This document shows positions 13,063 through 26,500 of a stretch of DNA of 64,000 nucleotides, one piece after another. The stretch covers positions 19,964,001-20,028,000 of the forward strand of contig OZ004611.1 in the NCBI GenBank assembly GCA_963924565.1, written 5' to 3'. Position 1 is the first letter of the stretch. Each line of letters starts with the position of its first letter. Under the pieces are notes generated by a model that saw only the letters and a list, made by a program, of their open reading frames with translations, searched no databases and was not told where the DNA came from. Position numbers and translations under genes: made by a program. The stretch comes from Ascidiella aspersa (lineage: Eukaryota).

Positions 13063-15091
13063 CTTAAACTTTTGTTAAATAAATGATAATATTGTTATTT
13101 TTTTGTTCACGTCGGGATCTAAGCCTGCTCCGACATTTCTAGGGTGGGTCTTGTTATTATTAATAATAAGCATAATATTACTTTACCCACCCTCACCCAA
13201 ACGCCAACCCGCACCCTAACCCAAACAATCGTTGTGGTATGCGGTATTGTTTTGTTTTGTTTTTTGCATAACTTTTCACGTACATAAGTGAAAGAGCGCC
13301 AGAAATTTAAATATTAACTTTTTCAGAGCTCGCCTCCCCTCTTACGAATTGTTTGAAGCCCCCCTAGAAACCCTTTTTAAACCAGCAATTCAGCATCTTT
13401 CGTGGCTTAAGTATTTTTCGGAAATAAATACAACCTCTCGCCTAAAAGTTTGATTAGAAGTATAAGCAACTAACTCGAAATGCGAAAAAAGAGGACATTT
13501 GGAGATTTTTGAGCGTCCTCGGAGGACCATTCAGTTTTCGAAAAGGGGATAAATCCTCCTTAAAGAGGACATATGGTAGGCCTAACTTATACACTCAGTG
13601 CAAACCAACTTAACTATTACAATAAGCAAACAAACACCAAAAAACAACAGTTCAGTAGTCGATTTACTTCAGAAAGTTGTTTACTATAGTGACTATAGGA
13701 TGCTCCTGAACTTTCGTACACCGTTATTCACCCCTGCAAAAATTTTATTCACCCTGGGGTTAACCATTCACCACTTTAAGAAACACTGATATAGGGAACT
13801 TAGAACGCTTTTCCCTATGTCAGGGGCGGGCAATTTCTCCGGTTGGCGGGCATGATATGGGAAAATGAAGTACTTGGCGGGCCGGATGAAGTACTGCCAA
13901 ATCTCGCATGTTTTGTCGCATAATGGCGGCCAATGTTGTACTCGTTAAACATGGCCACACTTTCATTGCACATTAAACGTACTGATTACTTCCCGACTTG
14001 AAGAATAAACTAAGTGTAGTACTTAGTAAACCGAAAATCAATTTGTTTGGAATTTGAGGTTATAAGATAACAATATTTCGCTACTAAAAGTATAAAGCAT
14101 AATGATTTTATTAGCGAAATGTGGCAGAATGTGGCCGCGGACCACAATATCATTTAAGGCCGGAAAATGTCTGCTGAAAATCCTGTCCCGCAGGCCGTAT
14201 GTTGCCCGCCCCTGCCGTATGTAGTAGCAGATTTATCTTTCAGTGTCATTTATGGAAGGAGGTTGTGTTTCGAAATCAAGAGCAATTTTTGCCCATTTTC
14301 TTTAACAAAAAAGCTCTGTTAGCAGTGACCTGGTATTTAAATTTTGACCGTGAACCGTCAACATAAAATTTTGGCTAGAATCCTCCATATTTACACTTTG
14401 ATCATAAATCTGCAACACACTATCAAAGATAACTTGTTACAATTACAACCTACTGTTTTAATCCGATAACCAAACAAAAAATATGTAGCCTACATGTTTT
14501 TATGCTTAGGCTACGACTACGTCTAATCCTAACTTTATATAGTGTACATATATTCCTAAAAAAAGCTAGTGACAAGTAGTCACAGGTTAGTTTTCAAATT
14601 TAGCACAGCATGTAAGGGAACAAATGTTTTTCGTATTTACGCAAAACAGCAGTTTTATAAGTTTTTTCAATTCATTTTCGAGATTAAGTATTTTAGTACA
14701 CCTGGAAAATACACCACTAACCGGATGTCATATGAGTGTATAATCGCAAGACATAAGAAATTAAAAGCTCCAAACGAAAATATTTGCGCGTACCACAGAA
14801 AAATGCATCAGAGATGAGGTAAATGTCCTAAACTTTCGATTAGAAACACAAGTCTTAAATGCTTTAAATCAATTTGGAAGGAATATTCACGTAAACAAAG
14901 GGTAAGCTTTTTACCAATAAAAGCGATTCGACAAAACGCTAGTATGACGTGTACTGTATCTCCGATTCTTGGAAGGAGTTTTTATTTTGAAGGATAATTT
15001 TGGTGAAAGTTATATACAACAACTCATATATTTGCGGCGACGCGCGCAGCATAGCCTGAATTTATATACCTCGTTTTCACCGTGGCATGTT

Positions 15092-15217
15092 GGCGCTGGC
15101 TTAGTCGCGTGGTTACTTCGACTTTACATGGTTAACACGAATGCGATCAAGCGCTTGTGCGCGGGTTCGATTCCCGCACGCTCCCACACCACTGACGCTG
15201 TCCGGTGCCTTTTGCCA
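15092..15217 (+). mobile_element. tRNA-derived SINE (copy made by the tandem duplication)
   Basis: Near-identical to 12937-13062. Confidence 0.7.
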
Positions 15218-18189
15218 CTTAAACTTTTGTTAAATAAATGATAATATTGTTATTTTTTTTTTTCATGTCGGGATCTAAGCCTGCTCCAACATTTCTAGTT
15301 GTTGATCTTTTGTCTATATCGTAAGATCCAAGCAAAACCACAAAGATTGTAAAAAGATCCAAAATGAATCATTCGAATTAAGAATCTTAGCAGAACTAGC
15401 GATGCTTTTTGCGTAACTATAGTATTTCACTCTTGTTGAATAAAGTTGTTTGGATCTTTTTTACAACCTTTGTGGTTTTGCTTGGATGTTTCTTAAACTG
15501 TTTTACACCACGCGCCAGTTTTGTTAAAAAAATGTCTAGCGTGACTGGTTTTACTACATGAAATATTAATAAGGCACTAAACTAAACGTCCGTGGCCCAC
15601 CAAAATTTTACCAGCACCTCAAGCATTGAACAAAACCAGGTAGGGCTTAGTCAGCTGTTCGATCATTCTGTACGTTTATTGCACGAGTTCAACTGTGGGT
15701 ACGGTAAGTTCTAGATGTAACTTGTCCTCTACCTCGCGTTTAAATAATTCATTTTAAAGAAACCTTTAAAAACGCCATGCTCGCCGTTCTTTGTTAGGTT
15801 GGCAGGATAAACGGAATTTTCAGTGAAATCGTAACTTGTGTACTTCGAGTGACAATACTTGGGATTTGGTGAACTTGAAAGGGTCGCGAGACGGCTGACT
15901 TTTATGGGTGTTACCAAATATTTGCCGTCTCCTGCCGTAACGTTTAAAGTTGACAGGTGACCAGCGTGATTTTTTAGCTTTAACGATTTTCCCCCACATA
16001 CATTTCTACTGAATGTTTACACTAATTACCGCAAGAGTAGAACTATTTTTCACTGTAACAATTAACTGGTTTGTTGTGTTATACGGCAGTGGCGTAGCCA
16101 GCCGAATATTTTTTTTTGGGGGGGGCAAAGAGTTGGAATTTTTTGTTTAGCTTTTGTCATCGTATTAACTGCCGTAATGAACACATATAACAATGTTAGC
16201 AAACCGTTTCGAACAGCAACCGGCTGAGTGTTAACGCAATACTCAAAGAACAAGGCAAAGAGCAAAAACTGTCTAAAAGTAGTAAAGCTACATTAATGTA
16301 TAGCATACGTTATATTAACTACATCGTTTGTGACGTAACAAGGCATGACAACTAAAGGTGTGGCATGCCTGTGATCGACTGTTGTGGTACTGCTCTTAAA
16401 TGCTAAAAAACAAACAAATTATTAAGAGTAAAATATACGGCCGCAGTGTAATTGTCGCAGAGGCAAATTGTATGGTCGATTTATTATTATGGACCAAGCA
16501 ATCCAAATAAAGCTAACCACAACGACGATACCGGAGTTATGGAAAGGCGAACAGAATGTTTTTTGAATGTTGCTTTCGTTGTAATTATCTTCTTTGTTAG
16601 AATAGGAAATGTAAGTGTAACCACAATATAGTGCTATCGCATTTGCCATTAGGCCTATATATGAAATTAACGTCACCGCCCAAGTTATTGTTAAAGTGTT
16701 TTCATTTTGACGAAACGTTATAACCAACTTATGGTTGTAATACTGCTGTCCACGTGTTTAAAGTAATAGTCTTAACTTTAAAATAAGAATAATTGTTATA
16801 GCATTAACTCTTTAAAAAACGTGTGACGTATCAACAATTATACTGTACAAAATACTGATTATACGGTATCTAATACATCTTCAATTAGTCGCCCCTAAAT
16901 TTGCGTAGTGCATTTAAGTTGGTGATATCCGAAACCTCAATTTTCATTTCGTTTTCTGACATTTCTGGCAAAAAGTACAGCCTGTCGATCAGTACTAAAT
17001 CCTTCAGTAACAGTTAACAAGCTAAATGAAAAAAATCTTACCAAAGTGTATAATACAACATTGAAAGGTAACTAAGTTTCCTTTGCTTAATTCTCTTTAG
17101 ATTGGTACCGGATTAGCACCGAAACTACTCCAGTATTGCTAGAGTACAGATACCGTATCGGCTCCGATCTGATAATACCACACAGTCATCCAAACTTAAT
17201 TCAGAATAGCACAGTGTTTAGGTCCATATTGTTGTATTTGCACGAGATTCTTACGAATGTGAAAAGTATTATATCTTTAAACTTGTCTTGCTGTGGAAGT
17301 GACGTGAACTATAGACTCGACTTTCGGCAATTTAAAAACACTCCGTTTAGCACACTGTTTCATCTAACTAATTAAACAATCACTCGGGTTTACACGTAGT
17401 ATGTCGAATATACTGTTTCGTCAATCCCTTCTGATTTAATAGTAACTCCATTGCAGGGCCTTTATCTAGCCAAGGATGGACGACCCTACTCTACCTGGCT
17501 AAAAACGTCGACGTAACTGTTGCCCAGGTGTCTTCTCTGTTCACTGGAAAGTCGGCTGGATTTTTCCTTGGCTCTATTCTCTTCAGCGTAGTCGTGAATT
17601 GGCGCAAGGAGTTCAAATCACTTTTGACTGTCGGTATGTCGGCTGTTTAAATAGGCCTTGATGATCATGTGTTTTTTACCTAATTTTGCTGTAAGTTCTA
17701 TTTGTTTAATAAGGCTCTTCAGCAAACTAATACAAGCTTTGCATTTTTAAAGTTTTAATATTGCCCAAAGTTAAGAGCAAAAACATACGTCCAATATAAC
17801 AATTCAGAGAAAAATGGATAAAATTAAAATGTACATAAAAAGTAATTCTACTATAAAATCCATTCTCAATTTATAGCAAGATGACTTTTCTTTAAACCTT
17901 AAAAATGAACTAAATCAATCCCTGTGTTTGGTTCGAATTGCTTTTCGAGGAATACGGAAAGTCAACTTTCCATTGTTACGTTTAAGCGCGCAATACATTT
18001 TCTTTAGGATTAAAAAGTCGCATTGAACCGTAAATTTAGGTAATTGTGCATGCTTTTAGCGTGAATTCTGATGTGTTTGCTAATTTTTGAAGAATCTATA
18101 TAGAAATGTGAACATTTTGCCAAATTGTTTATGATTGTAAACTAAAAAGGAATCGCCACAACAAAACGTCCGGAATCATTGTATTAAAG

Positions 18190-18377
18190 CGGGGGTTCCC
18201 AACCTGTGGTACGGTTTTTCAAATGGTATTCGCTAGTAGCCTTCGTTTTTTGCTATTTTTAACCTAAAAATTGATAAAAATATCATTCGATCAAATTAGG
18301 TGTTCTGCAAGAAGTGGTATGCGTGACACTACAGAGCGTCCAAATGGTACGAGATCTGAAAAGGTTGGGAATCCTTG
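18190..18377. mobile_element. hAT MITE
   Basis: TIRs cgggggttcccaacct / aggttgggaatccttg; TSD TATTAAAG. Confidence 0.85.
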
Positions 18378-18832
18378 TATTAAAGGAATATATGGATTTA
18401 CCGTCGCTTTACATTTGTAATTTTCCCAACACATCACTATATGCCTTTTACAATATGTTGGCTATACAGATTTAGAAAATACCACCTTTGGAGCACAGGT
18501 TACTGTTACGCCGTATATATAGGCTGTTTAAAACAAACTCGCAATTATTTGCAGGACTGGGAATAATTCTTAACGGCGTCCTGATTTTGATTACCCCTGG
18601 GTCACCAACCTGGCCGGCCTCGTCATTCTAACAATCTTCAATGGACTTATGTCCGGGTATCTCGACGGAAGTAACTATTTCAATGTAGCAATCGTCATTT
18701 TTTTGCCTGAATATTTAAACAACAGCACCTGAAATTCTCTGCTGTATCTGTTGAACTATACCTCGTTCACCTTTACTGCGGCTGAGTGAATATTAGATTC
18801 CTAAATAAAAGGTCAAAGCAATCCGATTAAGT

Positions 18833-19104
18833 CGGTGGTTCTCAACCGGTATATTTGAAATTCTTTGGGATTCTAATTTTTCCCTGTCGGTAATTCTTCT
18901 TGATACCATTTTTGTGTACGATAAAAGTGCCAATAATTAGGCTACAAAGGTTTAATCAGCATTGTTGTGCAGTCAATGTGCTTTTTTTTATCTCGTTTAT
19001 TGTAACATTACAGTTAACCACTAACCAAACTACGATCAAGGGTGCGGCGAACTATTTCTAATTTTTGTAGGGTGTCACAAGTCAAATCAGGTTGCGAAAC
19101 ACTG
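18833..19104. mobile_element. hAT MITE
   Basis: TIRs cggtggttctcaacc / ggttgcgaaacactg; TSD GATTAAGT. Confidence 0.85.
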
Positions 19105-20574
19105 GATTAAGTGCTCACAATGCCGGCTTTTTTAATCATAGTTAATTTTTTTTAAATAAACCTTAATTATTATGTATTCGATAAATACGACTTAATGTCT
19201 GTCACCTGTCTTGGTTTGGGCTTTCACTTAATTATATCGGTCAAACACGTGCTTTGTGTGTTGTCGCGCAGCCATGCAATGAATTTAACTGCTGAGGCGA
19301 AAAGAATTCCCAGCCTTTTTTATTCAAGCCTACCACTTTGCCTTCAGCCTTGGAGCAGTTTTCGCGCCTATCGTTGGTAGGTTTCAACTCACAAACCGGT
19401 TTGCCCTTTTTGAGATCAGAGAAATTAAATATCTGTTTTATAGGTTTATCTAATGTGTGGGATGTTTAAGATGGGCGAACATCACCTGGTTGAACAGATG
19501 GACAATTACTCGTCAATGAACAAGAACCCAGGCTTTTCAACAAAACTGTAAATGAAATTCTAATTCTTACGCTCCTTCCATACGTATAATGGTAGAATGC
19601 ATTGCTTAGTGGCAAAAGAAAAAAAGTAAAAGTTTCCTTAGGTTTGTAACGTGAACTCTTTGGCGAACAATCAAAGTGTCGCTTTGTGGCTTTAATTGTT
19701 GAAATTAGTACTGTTTTACACAGAAATAGATTGGCTTTACTTGTGAAAAATAACAATAGGCATTTTTAATGTCGTCGGTAGCAGACTACACGATTAAGAA
19801 AGTCCAATATTTTTCAGTCAAAAAGCACCACCTTGCACACTATCACATATGCTGTGCTATGTAAAATCACATTTTCTAGAATGCAACAAATTTCCACCTA
19901 GCAATTGAATCTACAACTCACCTTCATACAATTCGTATTTGTGACATAATAAACAACTTGAATGTTCTATGTTGACTTATTAAATACATTGTCAAAGTCA
20001 AACTAGCATTCAGCTAAGGAAACCACAGTTCACAAACAAATTTCGCACTATTTGCACGTTTTTCATTTCAGCCCCTATTTGCACATCTGTGGGATTTTCT
20101 ATGTATCTGAAAACAGTGCTGTTGTAATACTGATCATTTGAACTATGACAGAAACCCTAATTTACGCAATCGGTTGCAAATTCACAAGTTTTCATAGATT
20201 TGTTCTTTACCATAGAAAGTCGCAATCAAAATGCAGCAAACAACCTATCCAAATTTGGCAAGGCCAGCGGATAAGAGCAATGGAATTTATTTAAACAGAT
20301 TTGAAAGGTGTCATAAGGCTGTTACATGAACAACGTCTTAAAATCCATACAACTCCTTTAGTTGCATCAAAATGGTTTATAATAAAAATTGGTAAACCTA
20401 TACAGGCTTGTCAGTTTTTAAAACTTCTTTTGATCTCCTTGTTCATGCGGAATGTTTGCACAAATGTAGGCAAATTTACAAATGTATTGTTCCTTAATAA
20501 TTAACCGATTTGTTATGTCATAAGGCTGTTACAAAGCAGTGCAATTGTTGCAGCAGCAACTTGCGTGTTCAATA

Positions 20575-23500
20575 ATGGATCAAGATGAGCAAAATAAAGT
20601 TAGCCACGGCGACGTTGTGAAAGTTAAAGGCAAAAAGAATCTGTTTTGGACTGTTGCTTTTATTGTGATTATCTTCTTTGTCAGAATAGGAAATGTAAGT
20701 GTAACCGAACTCACCTCCTGTGTATCGGCAACTTTTTGGGTTTAATAAGTGATAAAAGTGTTTTGCGTTTGCTAAAGCAATGATTTTAACAGCCATTTTC
20801 AGGTGTTTTTTTACATAAAGTCAGCTGTGTTTAAATTATTGCGTTTTGCGCCTTTTATTGAAAAGTAACCGTAACCAAAATGATGACGTATAGGTAACTT
20901 ACGATAACACACTAACAAGGTGTCGATTGTAATTTTAATGTTTTCTTCCACCAATACATTTGCGCAATTAGGTGTTTTTCGGCATAATAACCAATAGTTT
21001 AAGTAAAATTACAGTAAATTAAATAAAGATGAAGTGTATCGTTCAGATTACGGCTACGCTTTAATTAGATAGGAAGATTTCACTTCGATTTCCATTTTGA
21101 TGTTTAGAAATCATATTGTTTACTTACAAAATTTGCTTTGTGTTACATATTACTTTGCGTTTGCATCGTCAATATGGTTTAACCTGAATTGGTTAATTTT
21201 GACAAAAATATTTAGTTATTAAGGCTAGGTTTTGTGTTAAATTCTGTTTTGATTTTTGTCGTGTATTCCTAATTTTTATAGGCTTAGTTTTGGCGTTTTC
21301 TAACGAAAAGTATAGCTCGAAATATTGTTTACTATAGTTTTATACCGAAACCATTGCAGATTCTTCACCGAATTCTGTAGATTTCAGTTGTAAACACACA
21401 TATGTGTGTCCAGGTTTCATTGCTATAGTTTTAAAGGCATATCTGCATGTAATTTTTCGAATTAATGCCTCAAATTAAACTTACGACTACAAATTATACT
21501 TGACGTGCATTTTTTTAAATACAATGTTTTAACGGGTTAAACCATTGTGCAACTAAGTTAACCTAAACAGGTCTATTTAAACCACTGACGGTCTCTAATG
21601 GATTGTATAAAACAGCAAAATGAATCTGTTTATCAACTTTTGCCTTGTTTTCAAGGGCATGTTCCAATCAATGGGCGGGCCGACCCTACTCTACCTGGCA
21701 GATAACGTCGACGCTACCGTGGCCCAAGTGTCTTCTGTGTTCACAGGCAGATCAGCTGGATTTTTCGTTGGCTCTGTTCTTTTCAGTGTTATCGTAAACT
21801 GGCGCAACAAATTCAAACCGCTCTTGACCGTCGGTATGCTTAACATTGAAATTACAGATAAGTTTACTTGACTGTTTTGTTGTAGTTAAGCTGCTTTGTC
21901 CAATTGTGCTTTGAAGCAGACGCACTATGCATTTTTACATATTCAAACACTTTTGTGTCATGCGCTTTATTTTAGTGTAACTCAAGTAGAAAATAAACCT
22001 AAAAAATCGGATTCCTTTCTAGGCTGTCTTTAAGTTACGAATTTTATTTATCCTACTATTTATTTGTTTTTTTTGGCAGGACTCGGAATCACATTGAACG
22101 GTGTTCTGGTTTTCATAACCCCATGGGTGACCAACTTGGCTGGTCTGGTCGTCACAACAACTATCACTGGTCTCATGTTTGGTTATCTTGACGCAGGTAT
22201 TGTATACTCCAGCTTAAACCCGTTTTCCGTTTACCCACTTAGTTTGTACTTATTCATTGCATTAAAGCTGATTGTTTGGTGCTTTTGTACTGTAAGTGTT
22301 ATATTCAAAATGATAAAAAAAAATGTTTTATTAGTGTTATTTCGGGACTGGAACTTATTTTATCGGATGTCAATACCTATGATAAAAAACATAAACAAAG
22401 TCTCTTCATTATTTTAGGCTCCCGTCGGACTATATTTCAAAGGCTCTGCAATTTTAAAGATCCGAATTCGTTTAATTACTGTTCCAACAGTTCTCTTATT
22501 CTATAATATCCCTAATGTCTTAAGCTTTGTACTTTGCTTGTTTCAGCCATGCAATCGATTTACCTGCAAATCTGGGGCGAAAAGAATTCCCGACCTTACA
22601 TGCAAGCCTACCATTTTGCCTTCAGCGTCGGGGCTCTGCTTGCGCCCGTAGTAGGTAAGATTCTAATTGTTTGGTCAATAAAGAGTGATAGTGCAAATCA
22701 ACCTGATAAATGCATCAAAAATCCAATGTCGAGGTCATGGGCGCCCGCACGGGGGCGCAAGGGGGGCGGGAGTTCTTACCCCCTTTTTGTAAGTGATATT
22801 ATCGTTTTTGGTTCGTTTTTGTCATGGTTTAACAAACTGTTCGAACCGGCGTGCCTTTTAAGTAATTGGGTCACGCGTCTTAATCTAATACGAAACCAAA
22901 ATCGAGCGCAAAACGCCGTTTTTCGTCTTTTGTTTGGTCGCCCGTAAACGCTGGGAGTTTTTCTCTTTCGTTATTTGTTTAGGTTGACTAATTAGCAAGT
23001 GTGTATTCGACAATTGACAACGCTTTTCTTTTTTTCTCGCTTAAAAACGAGTTATACGCAGTATGTTCCTCGCTGTGCGGTCTCTGCGCTAATATCCGAT
23101 GTTGGTGTAACATCGACATTTGTTTAACTGAAGCAGATTCTTGAAAGGAGGTATAATGGTGACTGTCGTGCGCGTTTCAAAGTCTCCATTTTTAAGTAAT
23201 GATGGTTAACGCAAAATGATGCTCTTTAAGCATACTCTAAGACCACGTGTTAAGTGTGCAATGGACATTAGCGCTCGTTCCGTTCATGTATACCGTGATG
23301 CAGCTGGCGCCTGACAGGATTGACGACGCATGTGGTCGCTTTTGCTGGACGTATTTGGCTGTTTCTGATTAGTTTTTTTATCACGTCTTGCAATTAACGT
23401 TCTATGACGTCATACTGTCACTGTTTTATGACGTTATTATTCATTAACGTCAGGCGAATTTTTGATTTTCTGGTTACGCCCCTGTTTGCTCCCCCTGGAA

Positions 23501-26500
23501 ATTTTTCTGCGGGCGCCCCTGGTCGAGGTGATGTTTTAGACTGCATTTCCATTTAACACGAAAAACAGTCTTGAAATCGCATCATTGCTCAACCAAGTCG
23601 ATAAATGACGCGTTATCAGTTTTCAATCGCTTAATATTTCAATAAATTAAATTTAATTATGTCGTGCATTACCAGAAAGTAATCACCCCAACTGGGAGGT
23701 ACATATATTAGCTAGGTTTACCACTTAAAATCGTATAGCTCTTAATCATTGTGGCATAGGATATGGCCACTTTACATCTTTAGTGGGGGTCAGTTTATTG
23801 CGTTTAAAACGCAGCACTCTTTGTAACACACACACTCAATATTAAAAAAAATAAAAACGAAAATTTATTTTAGCGGCACCGTTTTTACGACTCGACGACC
23901 AGGACAATAGTGCTGACGAGCGTTGCCCCGACAGCGGCAATTCTGATGTCACAATGACAACGATCTCTTACGAAAACGCCTCTATGCTTTCAACCACGAA
24001 AGCCACGCCGGTCGACGGCCTAGAACCAGTTGCGTGGACGTACATCATTTGCGGAATTCTAAATTTGCTGGGAGGCTTGCTAGTGCTCTTGCTCGTCGCC
24101 GCGCGGACGGAAAGCAAGCTGGTGCAAAACCGCGAGACGGAGATAGAGAGTCGCGAGGAAGAGCCGTTCAAGGATGTGATGTGGTTCTTTTTGCCGGTTG
24201 TCTTCTTCTACTTTACGGTGGTGGCAGTTGAAGTTGTCTACCAAAGTTACATTTACTCGATTGCCCTTTGCTCGGAACTCAATTTTTCGGTATGTCTGCA
24301 TCATTTGATAATTAATTAATTGCAGAGACAAAAAGGTCGAGTAGATATCGACATCATCTTAATTAAGACGTTTCGATTGCACTATAGAAACTTTAGAAAC
24401 TCAGAATGATAGCAATTGCGTTCCACCTTTTATAGGTGATGCTTGACTTACTTTTCAGTCACATTAACTGAAGATGATACAACCCCGTATAAAAACGTCT
24501 TAAACAAGATGATGTCGATCTACTCGACATTTTTGGCTTTGTACTTCATTATCAAGCTACTTTACAGATCCGTGCATACTAGTGTACTCATCTATATATT
24601 TTCGTTATTAAATATTAATGCGTATTTTACTTAATTTGTCGGGTGTCCTTCATTAATATTCGCGTCGATTGCTGTGTGAGCGTTTATAAAACGCAAGTCA
24701 AAAGCTGACAATATTTTCCACTGTTTAAAAAGCATTTTAAATTTGTGTTTTCAAGAAGTGTTCACGGAAGTATTCACTTCATGTTAAAAGTAAATATTGT
24801 TTTATTTGAATTTTAAAGGTGCGCAAAGAACTGAATAAAATAAATGATTACTGTTTTTTTTAACTTAACCCTTAATTTTTACGCTGGAAATCACCTATGA
24901 ATATCACTTACACGATCGCTTCCCAGCATGCCAGGTTCATTTATCATTTTTCTCTTAACCATTTTATACACGACCATACACACTGGCCTGGTGTCTTCTT
25001 AATTTTTCCGCTGTTTTTTTTTAAGCATCCAGCCAACGAGTCGCTATGTTTTGTGCCAGGTAAACTAATATAACCAACACACATTGTTTGTTTTATTCAC
25101 ATCTTGATGAGATGTGCCAATCACTTAAAATATACACTCTTATTATACCCATAGGTAACCGACGCATCGACGCTAAACACAATATTTTGGGTCGGCTTCG
25201 GCCTTGGTCGAGGATCGGGAATTGTCTACTCCAAGTTCTTTGAACCCGTCACGATGATTGTGTACGACACAGTCGGCACCACTCTCTCCATTGTGAGCTC
25301 CGTTAGGTTTTAGTGGAAAATGTCGAAATTTTTGTTATGCATATTTAACACAATACGCCCGGCAATTTTACTATGGCGATATGACAAAACTCTCTCGTCT
25401 ATATATAACAGCACAAAATGACCACCCGGTATATCCGCCCTGCTCGCAAGCTGTCCTCCATTTCTGACGGTTCACCCTTATTCACCCGTGCAAAAAATTT
25501 ATTCACCCTGGGGTGAACCATTCACCTGATTAAGAAACACTACCGTACAACTTTCTTTGAATAACTTAAAATTGAATTTTGCCAATTAAAGATACAGATC
25601 AGATGAATTTATTTCTGAGATTTTAACTCACAGCCTCTGTCGTTGCTGGTTTGTCGCTTTGTGAAGTGTGTTGCGGAATGCCCCCTTGTGGGCATTGGCG
25701 AGTTACAAGGGGGGTCTTTTTCTCATTTGGGGGGCGCTGAACGCACATAAGGGGGCGTTACATGAAACTACTTAAAAAAGTTTACATAAAAATAGTAATA
25801 AACAGCACTGTAGGTAACTTCCGTACTGCGAACTTCTAGTAGTTTCCCGACCATTGTTACGTAATAATAATTGGCTTTCTTATGTAAAGCTGTTGGTTAC
25901 TGTTGCGTTTCACCGTTTTATACGCGGCGAAATGTTTGTATATTTAAATCAGGGGTCGCCAACCTACGGCCCACAGGCCAGATTCGGCACGCCGCCTCTT
26001 GACAACTAGACACGAGTCCATTTCAAATACTTTTTGACTATTTTAACTTAGTACGTGCAAAAAAATTTCGAATGATCTTTCTACGTCCAGTTTATTTACG
26101 TTTTGATGCTGTCTTTGGACTAGATCAGCGTTTTTTTTTACCCTTGCGCCGTGGAAGGCTGCCAAGTGCGTGACGGACAAAATCAAAAATATTGGTCATA
26201 TATTTTATAATTTTTTGATTTTTTTTAGGCAGTGTAATAAAAACTAGCAAGAAATTTAAAAGAAATGCCGGTATACCCCCAAAAAATCGCGCTCGCTTCG
26301 CTCGCCAGATGCGCCTCAGCTTAAAGCGATTAACAAACACTGAATTACACTACTTATTAAGGTTATCGCATTTCCTCAAAGTAGTGTTATTACACTTTTT
26401 ATTAGTAGTATGGATGAAAAAAATCTGAGGCCCGCCTGATTCACAGTTGTTTTAACACAGTTCTTAGTTAACATTTTCTGCGGCCCACGGAGACCTTTCT

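Larger units (their letters stand above)
11055..15296. repeat. Recent tandem duplication, units 11055-13140 and 13141-15296
   Basis: Two near-identical ~2.1-kb units differing by scattered substitutions and small indels; AG microhomology at the junction. Confidence 0.95.
16489..19555 (+). pseudogene. MFSD4/NaGLT1-like MFS transporter pseudogene, tandem paralog of 20575-28477
   Basis: Exon relics 16489-16610, 17457-17633, 18555-18670, 19272-19376 and 19444-~19555 match exons 1-4 and 9 of the intact gene. They carry premature TGA codons and frameshifts; exons 5-8 are absent. Confidence 0.9.

Noticed and set aside
12384-15241. Duplicated short ORFs (12384, 13598, 14569, 14969)
   Set aside because: They overlap MITE, SINE or AT-rich sequence in the tandem duplication, and their frames are not preserved between the two units.
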